This document shows positions 44,992-55,206 of a DNA stretch of 64,000 nt, piece after piece (within the stretch, counting starts at the first letter, position 1; the number at the start of each line of letters is the position of its first letter). Location of the stretch: NCBI GenBank assembly GCA_018061025.1, contig JAGOUY010000005.1, positions 11,377-75,376 of the forward strand, read 5' to 3'. The notes beneath the pieces were generated by a model that was not told the origin of the DNA, did not search any database, and saw only the letters and a program-made list of their open reading frames with translations. This DNA is from Patescibacteria group bacterium. GTDB taxonomy: Bacteria > Patescibacteriota > Patescibacteriia > 2-12-FULL-60-25. A program made the position numbers and the translations under genes.

Positions 44992-45084
44992 TTATTGTGC
45001 GACTCTAGTATAGCTATTTATTATCTAATATTAGCCAAGCGCAGCGATGCTTGATATGTTTTACGACTCTTGGGGTCTTCTTTT

Positions 45085-45645
45085 TTATGAGGATAATTTG
45101 TGGGTCTGTTTGTTGAATTCTTCCGTGGTCATCATGGTGTGGAGATCTTTTACGTGATCTATGTAGAGAGTGCCTTGTAGGTGATCAATTTCATGCTGAA
45201 ATACTTGGGCGAGGAACCCTTCAGAGCGTTCAATGTGTTTTTTGCCGTTCTCGTCAAGATAGCTAACGTCTACCCAATTTGAACGGATGGCTTGGGCACG
45301 TAATCCTTCAAAGCTTAGACAGCCTTCAAAGTTTTTGCTGGTTTGTTTTGAATAGTTCAGGATCTTTGGATTGATGATGACTTGCTGACAGGGCTCAACA
45401 TTTAGTCGATGAGGTAAAGGATGGATATTGATGACGGCGAGTTGTAGGGATTTGCCGATTTGGGGAGCGGCTAGGCCGACACCGATATCTTCAATGGTAT
45501 AAAACATGTCTGCGATGAGTTTTTTGAAAGAGGGTGAGCGTAACATGGATAAGGAGACGGGTTTTGCTTTTTGGCGAAGAATCGGATTGCCGAATTGAGT
45601 TCGTGTGAGACATTTCATACCATCGTAGACGGTACAGTGTCCCAT
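45085..45645 (-). CDS. def: peptide deformylase
   Basis: GVGLAAPQIG, EGCLSF and HEIDHLQG motifs. The true start is probably the internal MKCLTRTQFGNPILR. Confidence 0.93.
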   Translation of the reverse strand: MGHCTVYDGMKCLTRTQFGNPILRQKAKPVSLSMLRSPSFKKLIADMFYTIEDIGVGLAAPQIGKSLQLAVINIHPLPHRLNVEPCQQVIINPKILNYSKQTSKNFEGCLSFEGLRAQAIRSNWVDVSYLDENGKKHIERSEGFLAQVFQHEIDHLQGTLYIDHVKDLHTMMTTEEFNKQTHKLSS

Positions 45646-45718
45646 TGTACTTTTAAAGGGGAGGATTTTCGATTTATCTAGTACGACACTGCGTTATGAC
45701 GCTGGTTGTGCTACTATT

Positions 45719-46636
45719 GTGGTAATGAGACTCGTTTCTTTTGTTCTTTTATTGTTTGTGTTGCTGGTGCAGCCTCTGTTTGGGATGTCGAGTGTGACGT
45801 ACCAGATTAATTGGGATGCGGTAAATGTGGGCGGAGACGATTTCGCTTCGAGTTTAAACTATCAGCTTAACGATTCTTTGGGAGGGATCGCGGACGGAAC
45901 AAGTACGGGCGCGTTGTATGGATTGCAGGCTGGTTATCGTGCGGCGGAATCGACCACGGAGCGATTAAGTTTTGCGTTAGGAGCCCAGGAGTCTGCAACA
46001 CAGGTGACGTATTCTGCATTTTCTGCGGGAGGATCTACGGTGACGGTGTCTTCAGCGGGTTTTATGAGTGTGGGTGATTATGTGGGGGTGGTTGAAAATG
46101 AAGGATTTTCTCAGTTGGTGGCGGTGGGGCGTGTAGCTAGTATTGTGAGTAATGTTATCACGGTAGATGGGTGGAGTGGGGACCAGGTGAGTATGAGTGG
46201 GACGCCAACGGGAGGGAATGATTTTGTTTATCGCCTAGGGGGTACGGCGCTGGCGTTTGGCACGGTAACGGCAGGAGCGCAAAATGTGTCTTTGGCAGCG
46301 GTATCAGTAGATTCTACGGCAACGAGTGGGTATACCGTGTATATCCAAGGCGATGGATTGTTACGATCTACAGGTGCTTCGATTACGTCGGTTTCAGATG
46401 GGACTGTGTCGGTGGGAAGCGAGGAGTATGGGATGAGTGTGACGGGGACACGAGCGTTTGCTGCCGGAATCGATGCAGCTGTAACCTCTACGCAACGAGT
46501 GATTGGACAAAGTCCCGCGGCTTCAGCAACCGAAGGTGACCGTTTGGGGATGACGTTTAAATTATCAACCGTTGCTTCGACGGCGGCAGGCTCGTATGGG
46601 CAGATCATTTACTATACGCTCACGGCAAATTATTAG
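45719..46636 (+). CDS. secreted hypothetical protein (305 aa), first gene of the surface cluster
   Basis: Signal peptide. Ser/Thr/Gly/Val-rich and beta-type in composition, ending ..IIYYTLTANY. Confidence 0.6.
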   Translation: MVMRLVSFVLLLFVLLVQPLFGMSSVTYQINWDAVNVGGDDFASSLNYQLNDSLGGIADGTSTGALYGLQAGYRAAESTTERLSFALGAQESATQVTYSAFSAGGSTVTVSSAGFMSVGDYVGVVENEGFSQLVAVGRVASIVSNVITVDGWSGDQVSMSGTPTGGNDFVYRLGGTALAFGTVTAGAQNVSLAAVSVDSTATSGYTVYIQGDGLLRSTGASITSVSDGTVSVGSEEYGMSVTGTRAFAAGIDAAVTSTQRVIGQSPAASATEGDRLGMTFKLSTVASTAAGSYGQIIYYTLTANY

Positions 46637-46639
46637 TGT

Positions 46640-47551
46640 ATGAAGGGCATTTCGCATGTATTACAGGGGTTGGTGGTTTCGGTATTTGTCGGAGGGATTT
46701 TTTTTATCACTGGGTTTGGGTTCGTGAAGGCGATGGAGGTGAAGCCGCCGATCTTGGAGGTGAGGGCTGCGGGGGGCGAGACAGCAGGAGCGGTGTTTTT
46801 CTTGAAAAATACTGAGATGGTAGAGCAAACGTATGGGTTTAGTATTCAGGGATTTGTGGCGCAGGGTGACCAAGGGCAGCAGACGTTTTTATCTCCTGCG
46901 GATACAGAGGGATTGCCGAGTTGGTTGTATCTCAAATCTCCACGGATGACGCTCGCGCCGGGGGCAACGGTTTCGGTTCCTCTCTTGCTTCGTCCTCCGG
47001 TTGGGACGGAGGCGGGAGGGTATCAGGCGGTGGTGTTTGTTTCGCGTGTTGATCCGGGGCAAGTGGAGGGTGTTGTGTTGGGAAGTCGGGTGGGGGTTTT
47101 GGTATTTGCAACCGTAGAGGGAGATGTGCAGCGCTCTGTATCGATTGCTTCTTTTCAACGCGTGTCATCAAGATTAGGTTGGTGGTTTTCTCCGCGGTTT
47201 GAGGTTGTGTTGCGTAATGAAGGACAAGCGCATGAGATTCCGAATGGAAACGTCAGGATTAAGAATATATTTGGACAAACGAAAGAGCGTGTATCTTTGC
47301 AGACGACGGAGCGGGTGGGGCGCATCCTTCCTCGTTCGGAGCGGCGATTTGAGGTTGAGCCTGTGAAGAAAGATGGATGGATTGAGGGGTGGGGGTTAGG
47401 AATATATCGGGCAGAATTTTTCTTAGATGAGCCATTTACTGCGCGAGCGGACGGAGGGTGGTTTTTTGTGATACCATGGAAGACGCTCACGGTATTGGGA
47501 GTAGGTATCATGTTCGTGTGGTGGCGCAGGAGGAGGGGTTGGAGGGCGTAG
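46640..47551 (+). CDS. membrane-anchored two-beta-domain protein (chaperone/DUF916-like architecture)
   Basis: N-terminal signal or TM segment, two Ig-like-looking halves, and a C-terminal TM anchor followed by a basic tail (VLGVGIMFVWWRRRRGWRA). The gap to the upstream gene is 3 nt. Confidence 0.55.
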   Translation: MKGISHVLQGLVVSVFVGGIFFITGFGFVKAMEVKPPILEVRAAGGETAGAVFFLKNTEMVEQTYGFSIQGFVAQGDQGQQTFLSPADTEGLPSWLYLKSPRMTLAPGATVSVPLLLRPPVGTEAGGYQAVVFVSRVDPGQVEGVVLGSRVGVLVFATVEGDVQRSVSIASFQRVSSRLGWWFSPRFEVVLRNEGQAHEIPNGNVRIKNIFGQTKERVSLQTTERVGRILPRSERRFEVEPVKKDGWIEGWGLGIYRAEFFLDEPFTARADGGWFFVIPWKTLTVLGVGIMFVWWRRRRGWRA

Positions 47552-47590
47552 GGTTTTCGAGAAGGGGCGTGAGAGTCGTGTTTCCTCTCG

Positions 47591-50500
47591 ATGACGTTAC
47601 GGCTGTCCTCTTTTTTTGGTGCGGTGATCATTTTTAGCATCGCTTGTTTTTGTTTTATCCGTGTAGATGTGCAGGCTGCTACGTTAACGGAAGCGAAAGA
47701 TATCATGACGCGACAAAAAACATCGAATGCCTCAAATCATGAAATTCAGTTGGTCACTCCAACGGGGGTTGATGCGTCTACCGATACGATTACGCTGACA
47801 TTTGGGACGGGGTTTGATCTTACAACAATTAGCTTCTCAGATTTTGCCCTGAGCCATGGAGCTACAACGGGTTTTGAGACATCCGAAACGTTGGCAGCGA
47901 GTGCGGCGGCTGGGGTGTGGGGAGTGAGTGTGTCCGGGCAAATCATCACGTTGACCGCGCCTACGGATGCGGCGAGTGGAGAGATCGCGGCGGGACAACG
48001 GGTGGTGGTGCGGATTGGGACGGCGGCGGGAGGAGTCTCTCAGATCACCAATCCTTCTGCGGTTGCTGCGTATTCGCTCATGATTGGTGGGGTGTTTGGT
48101 GATACTGGGCAAATTATTATTCCGATTGCGAGTAACGATCTATTAACAGTGAGTGCCACCATTCCGGCTTCATCGGGTGGAGGCGGGGCTGGAGTAAGTG
48201 GTGGGGATACAGGAGGTGGAGGAGCAGTAGCGGGGCCGCCTCCGCCTCCGCCACCTGCTCCCCCTGTTTCGGAGCCACCACCGCCGACCATTGTCACTCC
48301 ACCCGTCGTGCCATCGGAGCCACCACCGCCTACCATTGTCACTCCACCACCAGCGGGAGGAGTTGTGGGTGGGGTGGGTGGGGTGGCCGGAGGAGGAGGC
48401 GCAGCTGGAGGGGCTGGTAGCGGAGGTGGGGGTGGTGGATCGGGTGTTTCCACCCTTGTATTTCGCGATGCGCGGGTTGCTTTTTCAGAGGAGCGTTCCA
48501 TCGTCTTAACGTGGGAAACGGATCGGCCTGCTTCAGCGCTGATTGAATATGGAGTAGATGATTATAGTTTGCGTGTGACGGAAGAGGTGTCGACACGAAT
48601 ACACACATTACGTATCAATGGATTGCAACCGGATACGTTGTATCAATTTCGGATTACGGCGCGTGCGGGAGGTCAAGTCGTGAGTAGACGCGTGACGGCG
48701 CGGACATTGCCGGATGTTACACCACCGACGAATCCTTCCGAGCTGCGAGCGATTGGTCAGGAGGGGCAGGTGGTTCTTGAATGGGTGAATCCGATCTCTG
48801 ATGATTTTTTGGAAGTGATTGTGGTCGTGCGTGGGGATCGTTTTGCGACAAGTCTGTCTGATGGAAGAGAAGTGTATCGGGGAACAGGACAAGGAGCAGT
48901 AGATATTGGACTCTTACCCCGGCAAACGTATTACTACGCTCTATTTGCGCGTGATCAAAATGGGAATGTCTCGAGTGGAGCGATTGCATCGGCTCAGACA
49001 TGGGATGCGCTGGTTCCGGCTATTCCTAATGGAGCTACGACGACAACGCCAGAAGTCCCTCTCCCGGTTGAAGAACCGTTTTTTGGCGTTGTGCGAGACA
49101 TTCGCCCAGTGTGGTCGGATGAAAGTGGATCTTTTGTTTTTCAGGCAGTAGATGGAGTGTTTGAAGCTTTTTCTCAGCAGGCGATTAAGGTTGTCGTGCC
49201 AGAACGGGTTGAAGGACAGCGGGTAGAGCGGGCGGAGGTGCGACTGGCAGGAGCGCGATATCAATTCGTGAAGGATATGGTGGGAACATGGTCAACAACG
49301 GTGCGGTTGCCGTCTCAAGGAAGGGTAGAGGCAGAGATGGAGGCGGTGTTGGCAGATGGTTCACGTGCACGGACGAAGGTTGTCTTTTCCCTTAAGGAGC
49401 GATTTACGGTGTTAGAGGAAGTTGGTCAGCAAGCAGCATCAGGAACAGAGATTCGGGTCATGCGACAGACCTCAGATGGTCTCGTGACATGGGATGTAAA
49501 AACGTCTGCGCAAGTAAATCCATTTTTTACGGGGATAGATGGGAAGTATGGGTTTTTGGTGGAGCCGGGTACGTATCGTTTATTTGTCCGAAAGGAAGGA
49601 TTTTTGTCTTTTGATCAAGAAGTTATCGTGAAAGGGAATATTCTCGGAGTTCCGCTTTTGCTTCGGATTGCGACGCCGATTGAGCAAGTGCTGGCGAATG
49701 CGCGTGAGATTTTGGAGTCACCAGTGGTGCAGACGGTGAATAAGCAGGTGGTGGCACCAGTTGCGGTGGCCGTGGCAGTCACAAACTTGGCGACGGCTGC
49801 TTCGGCAACGAGTGTTTTTCGTTATTTATACTTCTTATTTACGCAACCGCTCCTTCTCTTGCGACGACGAAAGCGGGCACAATGGGGAACCGTCTATAGC
49901 GCATTGTCTAAGCGGGGAGTGGATTTAGCGATTGTGCGTTTATTGGATGCAGGAACGGGTCGAGTGGTGCAGACACGGATTACGGATGCGCAGGGGCGAT
50001 ATTCATTTTTTGTAAAACCAGGGACCTATCGTTTACAAGCAGTGAAGCAAGGGTTTCGTTTTCCGACGCAGTATTTAGCCAAGGATCGGGAGGATGGCGC
50101 TCTCCTTGACCTGTATCATGGTGAGTTGATTGAGGTGAAGCAAAGTGGAGCGCTTGTCGCGGCGAATATTCCCGTTGATCCGGATGAGGTGGTAGAGAAG
50201 ACGCCCAAGAAGATGGCGGCGGAAAAACGGTTCCGTATTTTTCAGCGAGTGGGGGCGAGTGTGGGGTTGGTGGCTTCGTTGGGATCGTTTGCCTTGTCGC
50301 CTGGTTGGTTGACGGGAGGATTTTTTCTTCTGCAAGCGTTTACATACGGGTTGTTTTATCGTTTAGCGGCTGCCTCTAAGCCTAAGGATTGGGGGATTGT
50401 CTACGATGGCTCCTCGAAGCGTGGGCTGGGCCAAACAGTGGTGCGTATTTTTGATAAACGCTTTCATAAATTATTGGAAACACAGATTACGGATAAGGAT

Positions 50501-50653
50501 GGAAAATATGCATTTTTTGCTGGACCGAATGTTTATATGCTGATGGCGGATAAAGCGGGGTATGAAGCCTATCATTCGGCTGATTTAGACCTTACTCAAG
50601 CCAAAAATCCCGTCGTATCAGAAAAGATTGTTTTGCAACCGAAAAAGGGATGA
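47591..50653 (+). CDS. 1020-aa surface protein: signal peptide, Pro/Gly low-complexity region, Fn3-like domain, CarboxypepD_reg-like repeats, TM segments
   Basis: PPPPPPPAPPVSEPPPPTIVTPP repeats and GGGG tracts. LTWETDRPASALIEYG...TLYQFRITA looks Fn3-like. Three copies of a D(A/K)xG(R/K)Y.FF..PG.Y-type motif. Confidence 0.7.
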   Translation: MTLRLSSFFGAVIIFSIACFCFIRVDVQAATLTEAKDIMTRQKTSNASNHEIQLVTPTGVDASTDTITLTFGTGFDLTTISFSDFALSHGATTGFETSETLAASAAAGVWGVSVSGQIITLTAPTDAASGEIAAGQRVVVRIGTAAGGVSQITNPSAVAAYSLMIGGVFGDTGQIIIPIASNDLLTVSATIPASSGGGGAGVSGGDTGGGGAVAGPPPPPPPAPPVSEPPPPTIVTPPVVPSEPPPPTIVTPPPAGGVVGGVGGVAGGGGAAGGAGSGGGGGGSGVSTLVFRDARVAFSEERSIVLTWETDRPASALIEYGVDDYSLRVTEEVSTRIHTLRINGLQPDTLYQFRITARAGGQVVSRRVTARTLPDVTPPTNPSELRAIGQEGQVVLEWVNPISDDFLEVIVVVRGDRFATSLSDGREVYRGTGQGAVDIGLLPRQTYYYALFARDQNGNVSSGAIASAQTWDALVPAIPNGATTTTPEVPLPVEEPFFGVVRDIRPVWSDESGSFVFQAVDGVFEAFSQQAIKVVVPERVEGQRVERAEVRLAGARYQFVKDMVGTWSTTVRLPSQGRVEAEMEAVLADGSRARTKVVFSLKERFTVLEEVGQQAASGTEIRVMRQTSDGLVTWDVKTSAQVNPFFTGIDGKYGFLVEPGTYRLFVRKEGFLSFDQEVIVKGNILGVPLLLRIATPIEQVLANAREILESPVVQTVNKQVVAPVAVAVAVTNLATAASATSVFRYLYFLFTQPLLLLRRRKRAQWGTVYSALSKRGVDLAIVRLLDAGTGRVVQTRITDAQGRYSFFVKPGTYRLQAVKQGFRFPTQYLAKDREDGALLDLYHGELIEVKQSGALVAANIPVDPDEVVEKTPKKMAAEKRFRIFQRVGASVGLVASLGSFALSPGWLTGGFFLLQAFTYGLFYRLAAASKPKDWGIVYDGSSKRGLGQTVVRIFDKRFHKLLETQITDKDGKYAFFAGPNVYMLMADKAGYEAYHSADLDLTQAKNPVVSEKIVLQPKKG

Positions 50654-50766
50654 TCACAGCTTATCCACACTGTGTACACAGTAGGTATTTTTTGAGGGTA
50701 TATAGATAAGGCCTGGGTTGAGCTAAAAACTACGAATCGTAAAATACGTCTATACTTAAACAAGAT

Positions 50767-53700
50767 ATGTTTGTGTCTGGACGTTCCTGTTCTTTATGGG
50801 TGACTCGTGCTCTCGGGTTGGTTTTTTTATTAGTGGCAATTGGATTATTTTATTGGTTGTCTATGTCGTCGGCGCAGGCGGCGGCGGGGATTAACCGACA
50901 GATTAGCTATCAAGGCAAATTATTGAATGCGGCGGGGATGGCGGTCACCGATGGGACGTATCAAATGAAGTTCAGTCTTTACTCTGCCTCTTCGGGGGGA
51001 ACGACGCTGTGGACGGCCTCTGGAACGACGGCGTTGCCAACCGCGATCCCGGTGGCGGTTCAGGATGGTTTGTTTAGTTTGTTGTTGGGGGATTCGTCGG
51101 CGGAAGGGTTTTGGCAGAATACGCTTGATAGCGTGAATTGGAATACGGATGCGCTGTATTTAGGGGTTACGATTGCCTCAGATAGTGAAATGAGTCCGCG
51201 TAAACGGTTGGGTGCGGTGCCGCAGGCGTTTAATGCGGAGCAGTTGCAAGGAATGTATGCGTCAAGTACAGCGAGTGGTGGGCAAAATTTATTTACCGTC
51301 AACCAGACGGAAAATAATGCGGCGACGAGTTCGCGAACGGCTTTGCTTGTTCGTTCGAACGGAACGTCGAATCAGAATGATTTTTTATTGCGTGGCGTGA
51401 ATGACCAAGATACAACGGTTTTTTCTCTTAACCGTCAGGGGTCTGTCACGAGTTCTGGTTCGTTTTATTATGGTGGGAATGGAACATCGACGTTGAGTGG
51501 CTCGCTGAGCGTAGGGGGGAATACTTCATCGAGTCGTTTGACGGTTGACCAAGGATTGACCGTATACGGGAACACCAGCTTAGGAGCAGGTTCTGCGCAA
51601 ACCGTGACGGTATCGGGGCGGTTTAATAGTTCGCTTTTGCCCTCGGTGGATGCGTCATGGGGATTAGGTTCTACAAGTTTGCGCTGGTTGGATGGAAATT
51701 TTGTGAGCGTCTCGAGTACGTATGCGACGAGTACGTTTTTGTATGCACAATACGCTTCTTCCCTCTATGCGACCTCAACAAATTTTTTCGCAGACCGTGC
51801 TGTGTTCACAAATGCAACGGCCACTAATTTTTCCGCGGACTACATTCTGGCGGGGAGGGTGAGTAGTTCTCAGGCGTTTTCGCGAACAGCACAAGGTGAC
51901 TCACTTGACGTCACGGTTCGAGTAACCTCTACAATCCCACTCGTGCATTCACAGCATCTGTCTGGGACTGTTGGACGTATTTATGTGGGAGGTCATTATG
52001 CTGTTGCGACACATGTGGCGACGGATCAATTCACGTTGTTTGATATTACGAGTTCGACACGTCCGGTGAGTTTAGGGATTCAGAGCTTTTCTGATGGAGG
52101 TCTTACCCATTTGGCGCTGGAAGAAAACTACATGTTTTCCTCGTTCTCCGGGACAAGTAAGCTATACATTACGGATATGAAGGGAGGAGCGCTTACGACG
52201 GTAGGATCCATCACCTTGGCTTCTGTTCCTCGATGGTTTAGCGTTCAAGGAAGATATGTCTACGTGTTTAACGATGATGAAAAGCTTCGGATTGTTGATA
52301 TTTCTAATCCTAGATTGCCGATTTTGATTAATACTTTTACTCCGGCGAGTGCTGGTACGGCAAGACGGATTGTGGTGAGAGGGAAGTATGCGTATTTACA
52401 ATTTGATTTGCTTGCTCGCGTGGAAGTTGTAGATATATCAGATCCGTATAATCCAACAACATTAACATCGACGACGACGGTGGAACCTGATGAAATGTTG
52501 CAAGAAGGCTCGTACTTATATACAGCTGGATCTGCTCTTAAAGTCACAAATGTTAGGAATCCATCATCGCTTGTTTATGGCGGTGAGCTTTTGGGAGCGG
52601 GCACGATTAGTTCTTTTGTTAAGTCTGGTCGCTATATCTTTGCGGTGGTGACGGGCTCTGGATTAAAAGTAATTGATGCATACAATGCGAGTCAGCTAAG
52701 CATTTTGCAATCGTTAGGGGGGTTTACATTGTCTCCCATGGGTGTGGCGATAAACGGTAGAGCGTTGTATGTGACGGATGCTATTACAGATAATTTTTTG
52801 GTATATCAATTACCAGGGATCGATGTGACGAGTTTAGACGCGGCGATTGCGAATGTGGGAACGTTATCCGTGATGTCAGATGGTCGTGTTGGACATTCTT
52901 TTGAGGTGGGTGATCAGTTGACGGTCGGACAAGGCGGTATTCGCTCTGATGGTCCGCTTGGGATTGGCTCTTATTCTACCTCGACATTTACGGGGCATCT
53001 CTCTGTATCTGGCACAACCCAACTAGGTCTTACGCAGATTTCTGGGACCTCGGTGCAGTTACTTGTGAATACGTCTAGTTCTTCTCCGATCGCTAAATTT
53101 ACAAATACCGCGGATTACAATGTTCAGCACGCAGCTTGGGGAGCATATGTAGATCGTTTATTAGTGGGGCCAAATGCGGCAGCTACAGGGACAAGAAATT
53201 ATTCGATGGTGCTTAATTATGGGTTGAGTGGTTTATGTTTAGCTCAGGATTTTCGAAATTCTTGTCCTGGTTATACGGGAACGCACTATAGTTTGATTGC
53301 GGATGACGTCATTTCTTCAAGTGACGCCTTTGACTTGGCTGAGTCGTATCGTTTACAAGGGGTTGCGACAACAACAGATGTATTAGTGTTTGGGACGGAT
53401 CCTGTGACGGTACAAAAAAGCTCGGGTATTCCCTATGATCCAAAACTTGTAGGGGTCTATTCTACGAAGCCTGGATTTTTATTGGGGATGATTTCTGATG
53501 GAGCTCCCGTAGCATTGACTGGACGTGTGCCGACGCAAGTTTCTCCGGTAAATGGCGCGATTGCGATTGGGGATCCGCTTACGACGTCTGAGTATCCGGG
53601 AGTGGCTATGAAGGCGACGAAGCCAGGGATGATTTTAGGGTATGCGCTTGAGGCGACTAATTCTACTTCTACGATCGAAGTGTTTGTAAAAACGGGATAT

Positions 53701-55128
53701 TCTGCGGGTACGATTTTAAATACGGATGGACGCGTGGCGCGATTGACGGATGATTTGGTGGTAGAAGCGCGGGCAGAAGCGACTGCGGTGACCCCGATCG
53801 TGGATTCGTGGGGGCTTACGTTTCGTGGGAGTGCTTGGGATGGGGTGCAAGCGAATAAGGCGAGTTTTGGGTTGCTGACAGAAGTGACGACGCCTACTTC
53901 ATCTTCGTTTGTGATCCGTAATGCCTCGTCTTCTAATGTGTTTTCCATCAATCAATTAGGGAAGGCGACGATTGCGGGGGACATGGTCGTGGGAGGCCGC
54001 TTGTATCCTGCCGGTCGTCAGGGCGTGCAACAATCGAAATATATTTTTCTTGATGATACGAGTACCTCGACGCAATACATTGCGACGAATGCCGATGGAT
54101 GGCAGGCAAATGACTCGTATGACTTTGCGGAGCGATACTATTCTCCCGATAAGCTCGACCGCGGAGATTTGGTGGTCGCGAGTGAGCGTGGGCAGTTCCA
54201 TGTGCAACGGTCTTTGAATGAGACAGGTTTGCTCATGGGTATTGTATCGACGAAACCCGCCTTTATTGCGGGGCGTCCGGATCCGGATACGTATCCGATT
54301 GCGTTAGCTGGCCGTGTGCCGACGAAAGTTTCTACCATGAATGGAGCGATTAAGATTGGGGATCCGCTCGGCCCGTCTACAATTCCGGGAACCGCTGTGA
54401 AGGCAACGAAGGCAGGACCGATTGTTGGGTTGGCATTGGAATCCTATGATGGTGCGGGTGTGGGCAAGATTGAGGTGTTTGTGAATCCTGGATGGTGGGG
54501 AGGGCCGCAAAAGGAGGCATCAGGCGTCAGTAATCAGGCGTCAGATCAACCTGTGAAGACGGATCATGTGGCGAAGGAGGTTTCGTATCGGGGGTTTGCC
54601 TATGTGGAGGCGGGATCGAAGCAGGTGCATGTAGCGTATGATTCTGTCTTGAGTTATCCGAATATTCAAGTGACGCCACGTGGACAAGTGAATGGCGGAT
54701 GGTGGACGGATAACTATACGGATATTGGGTTTGACATCTTCTTGCATGACAAACAGATGCGTGATGTGACGTTTGCGTGGAGTGTTCAAGGGACGCCGAC
54801 GGGTGCGCGCGTGTATCGTTCAGATGGAACCTATGCGCTTGTGAATACCACGACGGGAGAAGCCTTGATTCAGACGGTGGCGACGAGTACACAGCCGACG
54901 GTTCCAGAACCTCAAGAGCAGCAACCCGTCACACCACCCGTGACGCAAGACGTTCCTACGAGTACGGAGCCAATTATTTCCGTAACTGATCCTGTGGCTT
55001 CGAGTACGGAACCGGTTGTGCCGATTGTCGTCGAGGAACCGGCGCCTGTGGTTGTAGAACCGGTCGTGCCTGTTGAGGAACCGAGTGTGAATCTTGAGGT
55101 TGCACAGGGAGGTACGGAGGGGGAATAA
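50767..55128 (+). CDS. 1453-aa surface protein with LVIVD beta-propeller repeats and a duplicated C-terminal module
   Basis: LRIVDISNPRLP, VEVVDISDPYNP and LKVIDAYNASQL are LVIVD-type repeats. The module STKPGFLLG...ALTGRVPTQVSPVNGAIAIGDPL recurs as STKPAFIAG...ALAGRVPTKVSTMNGAIKIGDPL. Confidence 0.75.
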   Translation: MFVSGRSCSLWVTRALGLVFLLVAIGLFYWLSMSSAQAAAGINRQISYQGKLLNAAGMAVTDGTYQMKFSLYSASSGGTTLWTASGTTALPTAIPVAVQDGLFSLLLGDSSAEGFWQNTLDSVNWNTDALYLGVTIASDSEMSPRKRLGAVPQAFNAEQLQGMYASSTASGGQNLFTVNQTENNAATSSRTALLVRSNGTSNQNDFLLRGVNDQDTTVFSLNRQGSVTSSGSFYYGGNGTSTLSGSLSVGGNTSSSRLTVDQGLTVYGNTSLGAGSAQTVTVSGRFNSSLLPSVDASWGLGSTSLRWLDGNFVSVSSTYATSTFLYAQYASSLYATSTNFFADRAVFTNATATNFSADYILAGRVSSSQAFSRTAQGDSLDVTVRVTSTIPLVHSQHLSGTVGRIYVGGHYAVATHVATDQFTLFDITSSTRPVSLGIQSFSDGGLTHLALEENYMFSSFSGTSKLYITDMKGGALTTVGSITLASVPRWFSVQGRYVYVFNDDEKLRIVDISNPRLPILINTFTPASAGTARRIVVRGKYAYLQFDLLARVEVVDISDPYNPTTLTSTTTVEPDEMLQEGSYLYTAGSALKVTNVRNPSSLVYGGELLGAGTISSFVKSGRYIFAVVTGSGLKVIDAYNASQLSILQSLGGFTLSPMGVAINGRALYVTDAITDNFLVYQLPGIDVTSLDAAIANVGTLSVMSDGRVGHSFEVGDQLTVGQGGIRSDGPLGIGSYSTSTFTGHLSVSGTTQLGLTQISGTSVQLLVNTSSSSPIAKFTNTADYNVQHAAWGAYVDRLLVGPNAAATGTRNYSMVLNYGLSGLCLAQDFRNSCPGYTGTHYSLIADDVISSSDAFDLAESYRLQGVATTTDVLVFGTDPVTVQKSSGIPYDPKLVGVYSTKPGFLLGMISDGAPVALTGRVPTQVSPVNGAIAIGDPLTTSEYPGVAMKATKPGMILGYALEATNSTSTIEVFVKTGYSAGTILNTDGRVARLTDDLVVEARAEATAVTPIVDSWGLTFRGSAWDGVQANKASFGLLTEVTTPTSSSFVIRNASSSNVFSINQLGKATIAGDMVVGGRLYPAGRQGVQQSKYIFLDDTSTSTQYIATNADGWQANDSYDFAERYYSPDKLDRGDLVVASERGQFHVQRSLNETGLLMGIVSTKPAFIAGRPDPDTYPIALAGRVPTKVSTMNGAIKIGDPLGPSTIPGTAVKATKAGPIVGLALESYDGAGVGKIEVFVNPGWWGGPQKEASGVSNQASDQPVKTDHVAKEVSYRGFAYVEAGSKQVHVAYDSVLSYPNIQVTPRGQVNGGWWTDNYTDIGFDIFLHDKQMRDVTFAWSVQGTPTGARVYRSDGTYALVNTTTGEALIQTVATSTQPTVPEPQEQQPVTPPVTQDVPTSTEPIISVTDPVASSTEPVVPIVVEEPAPVVVEPVVPVEEPSVNLEVAQGGTEGE

Positions 55129-55206
55129 AGTAAAAAAATTATGAAGGGCTTCCACTGGGCTGGGTTCCCGCCTTCGCGGGAATGACAGAAGTAAGAGAGA
55201 AGGAGT

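Noticed and set aside
44050-45054. Track ORFs 44050..44241(-), 44648..44848(+) and 44854..45054(+), which contain MFHVKH peptides
   Set aside because: These are artefacts of reading ATGTTTCACGTGAAACAT (parS) as codons. The composition is low-complexity and there is no RBS.
43500-45060. Repeat array considered as a CRISPR locus
   Set aside because: The repeat unit is a 16-bp perfect palindrome identical to parS. Spacings are irregular (48-471 bp centre to centre). tRNA genes are interleaved. No cas genes or leader are visible in the window.
47155-47706. Minus-strand ORFs inside the surface-protein cluster (for example 47155..47706 and 48040..48501)
   Set aside because: They lie antisense to long, well-supported + strand genes. 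The 48040..48501 product is simply the antisense reading of the Pro/Gly low-complexity region.
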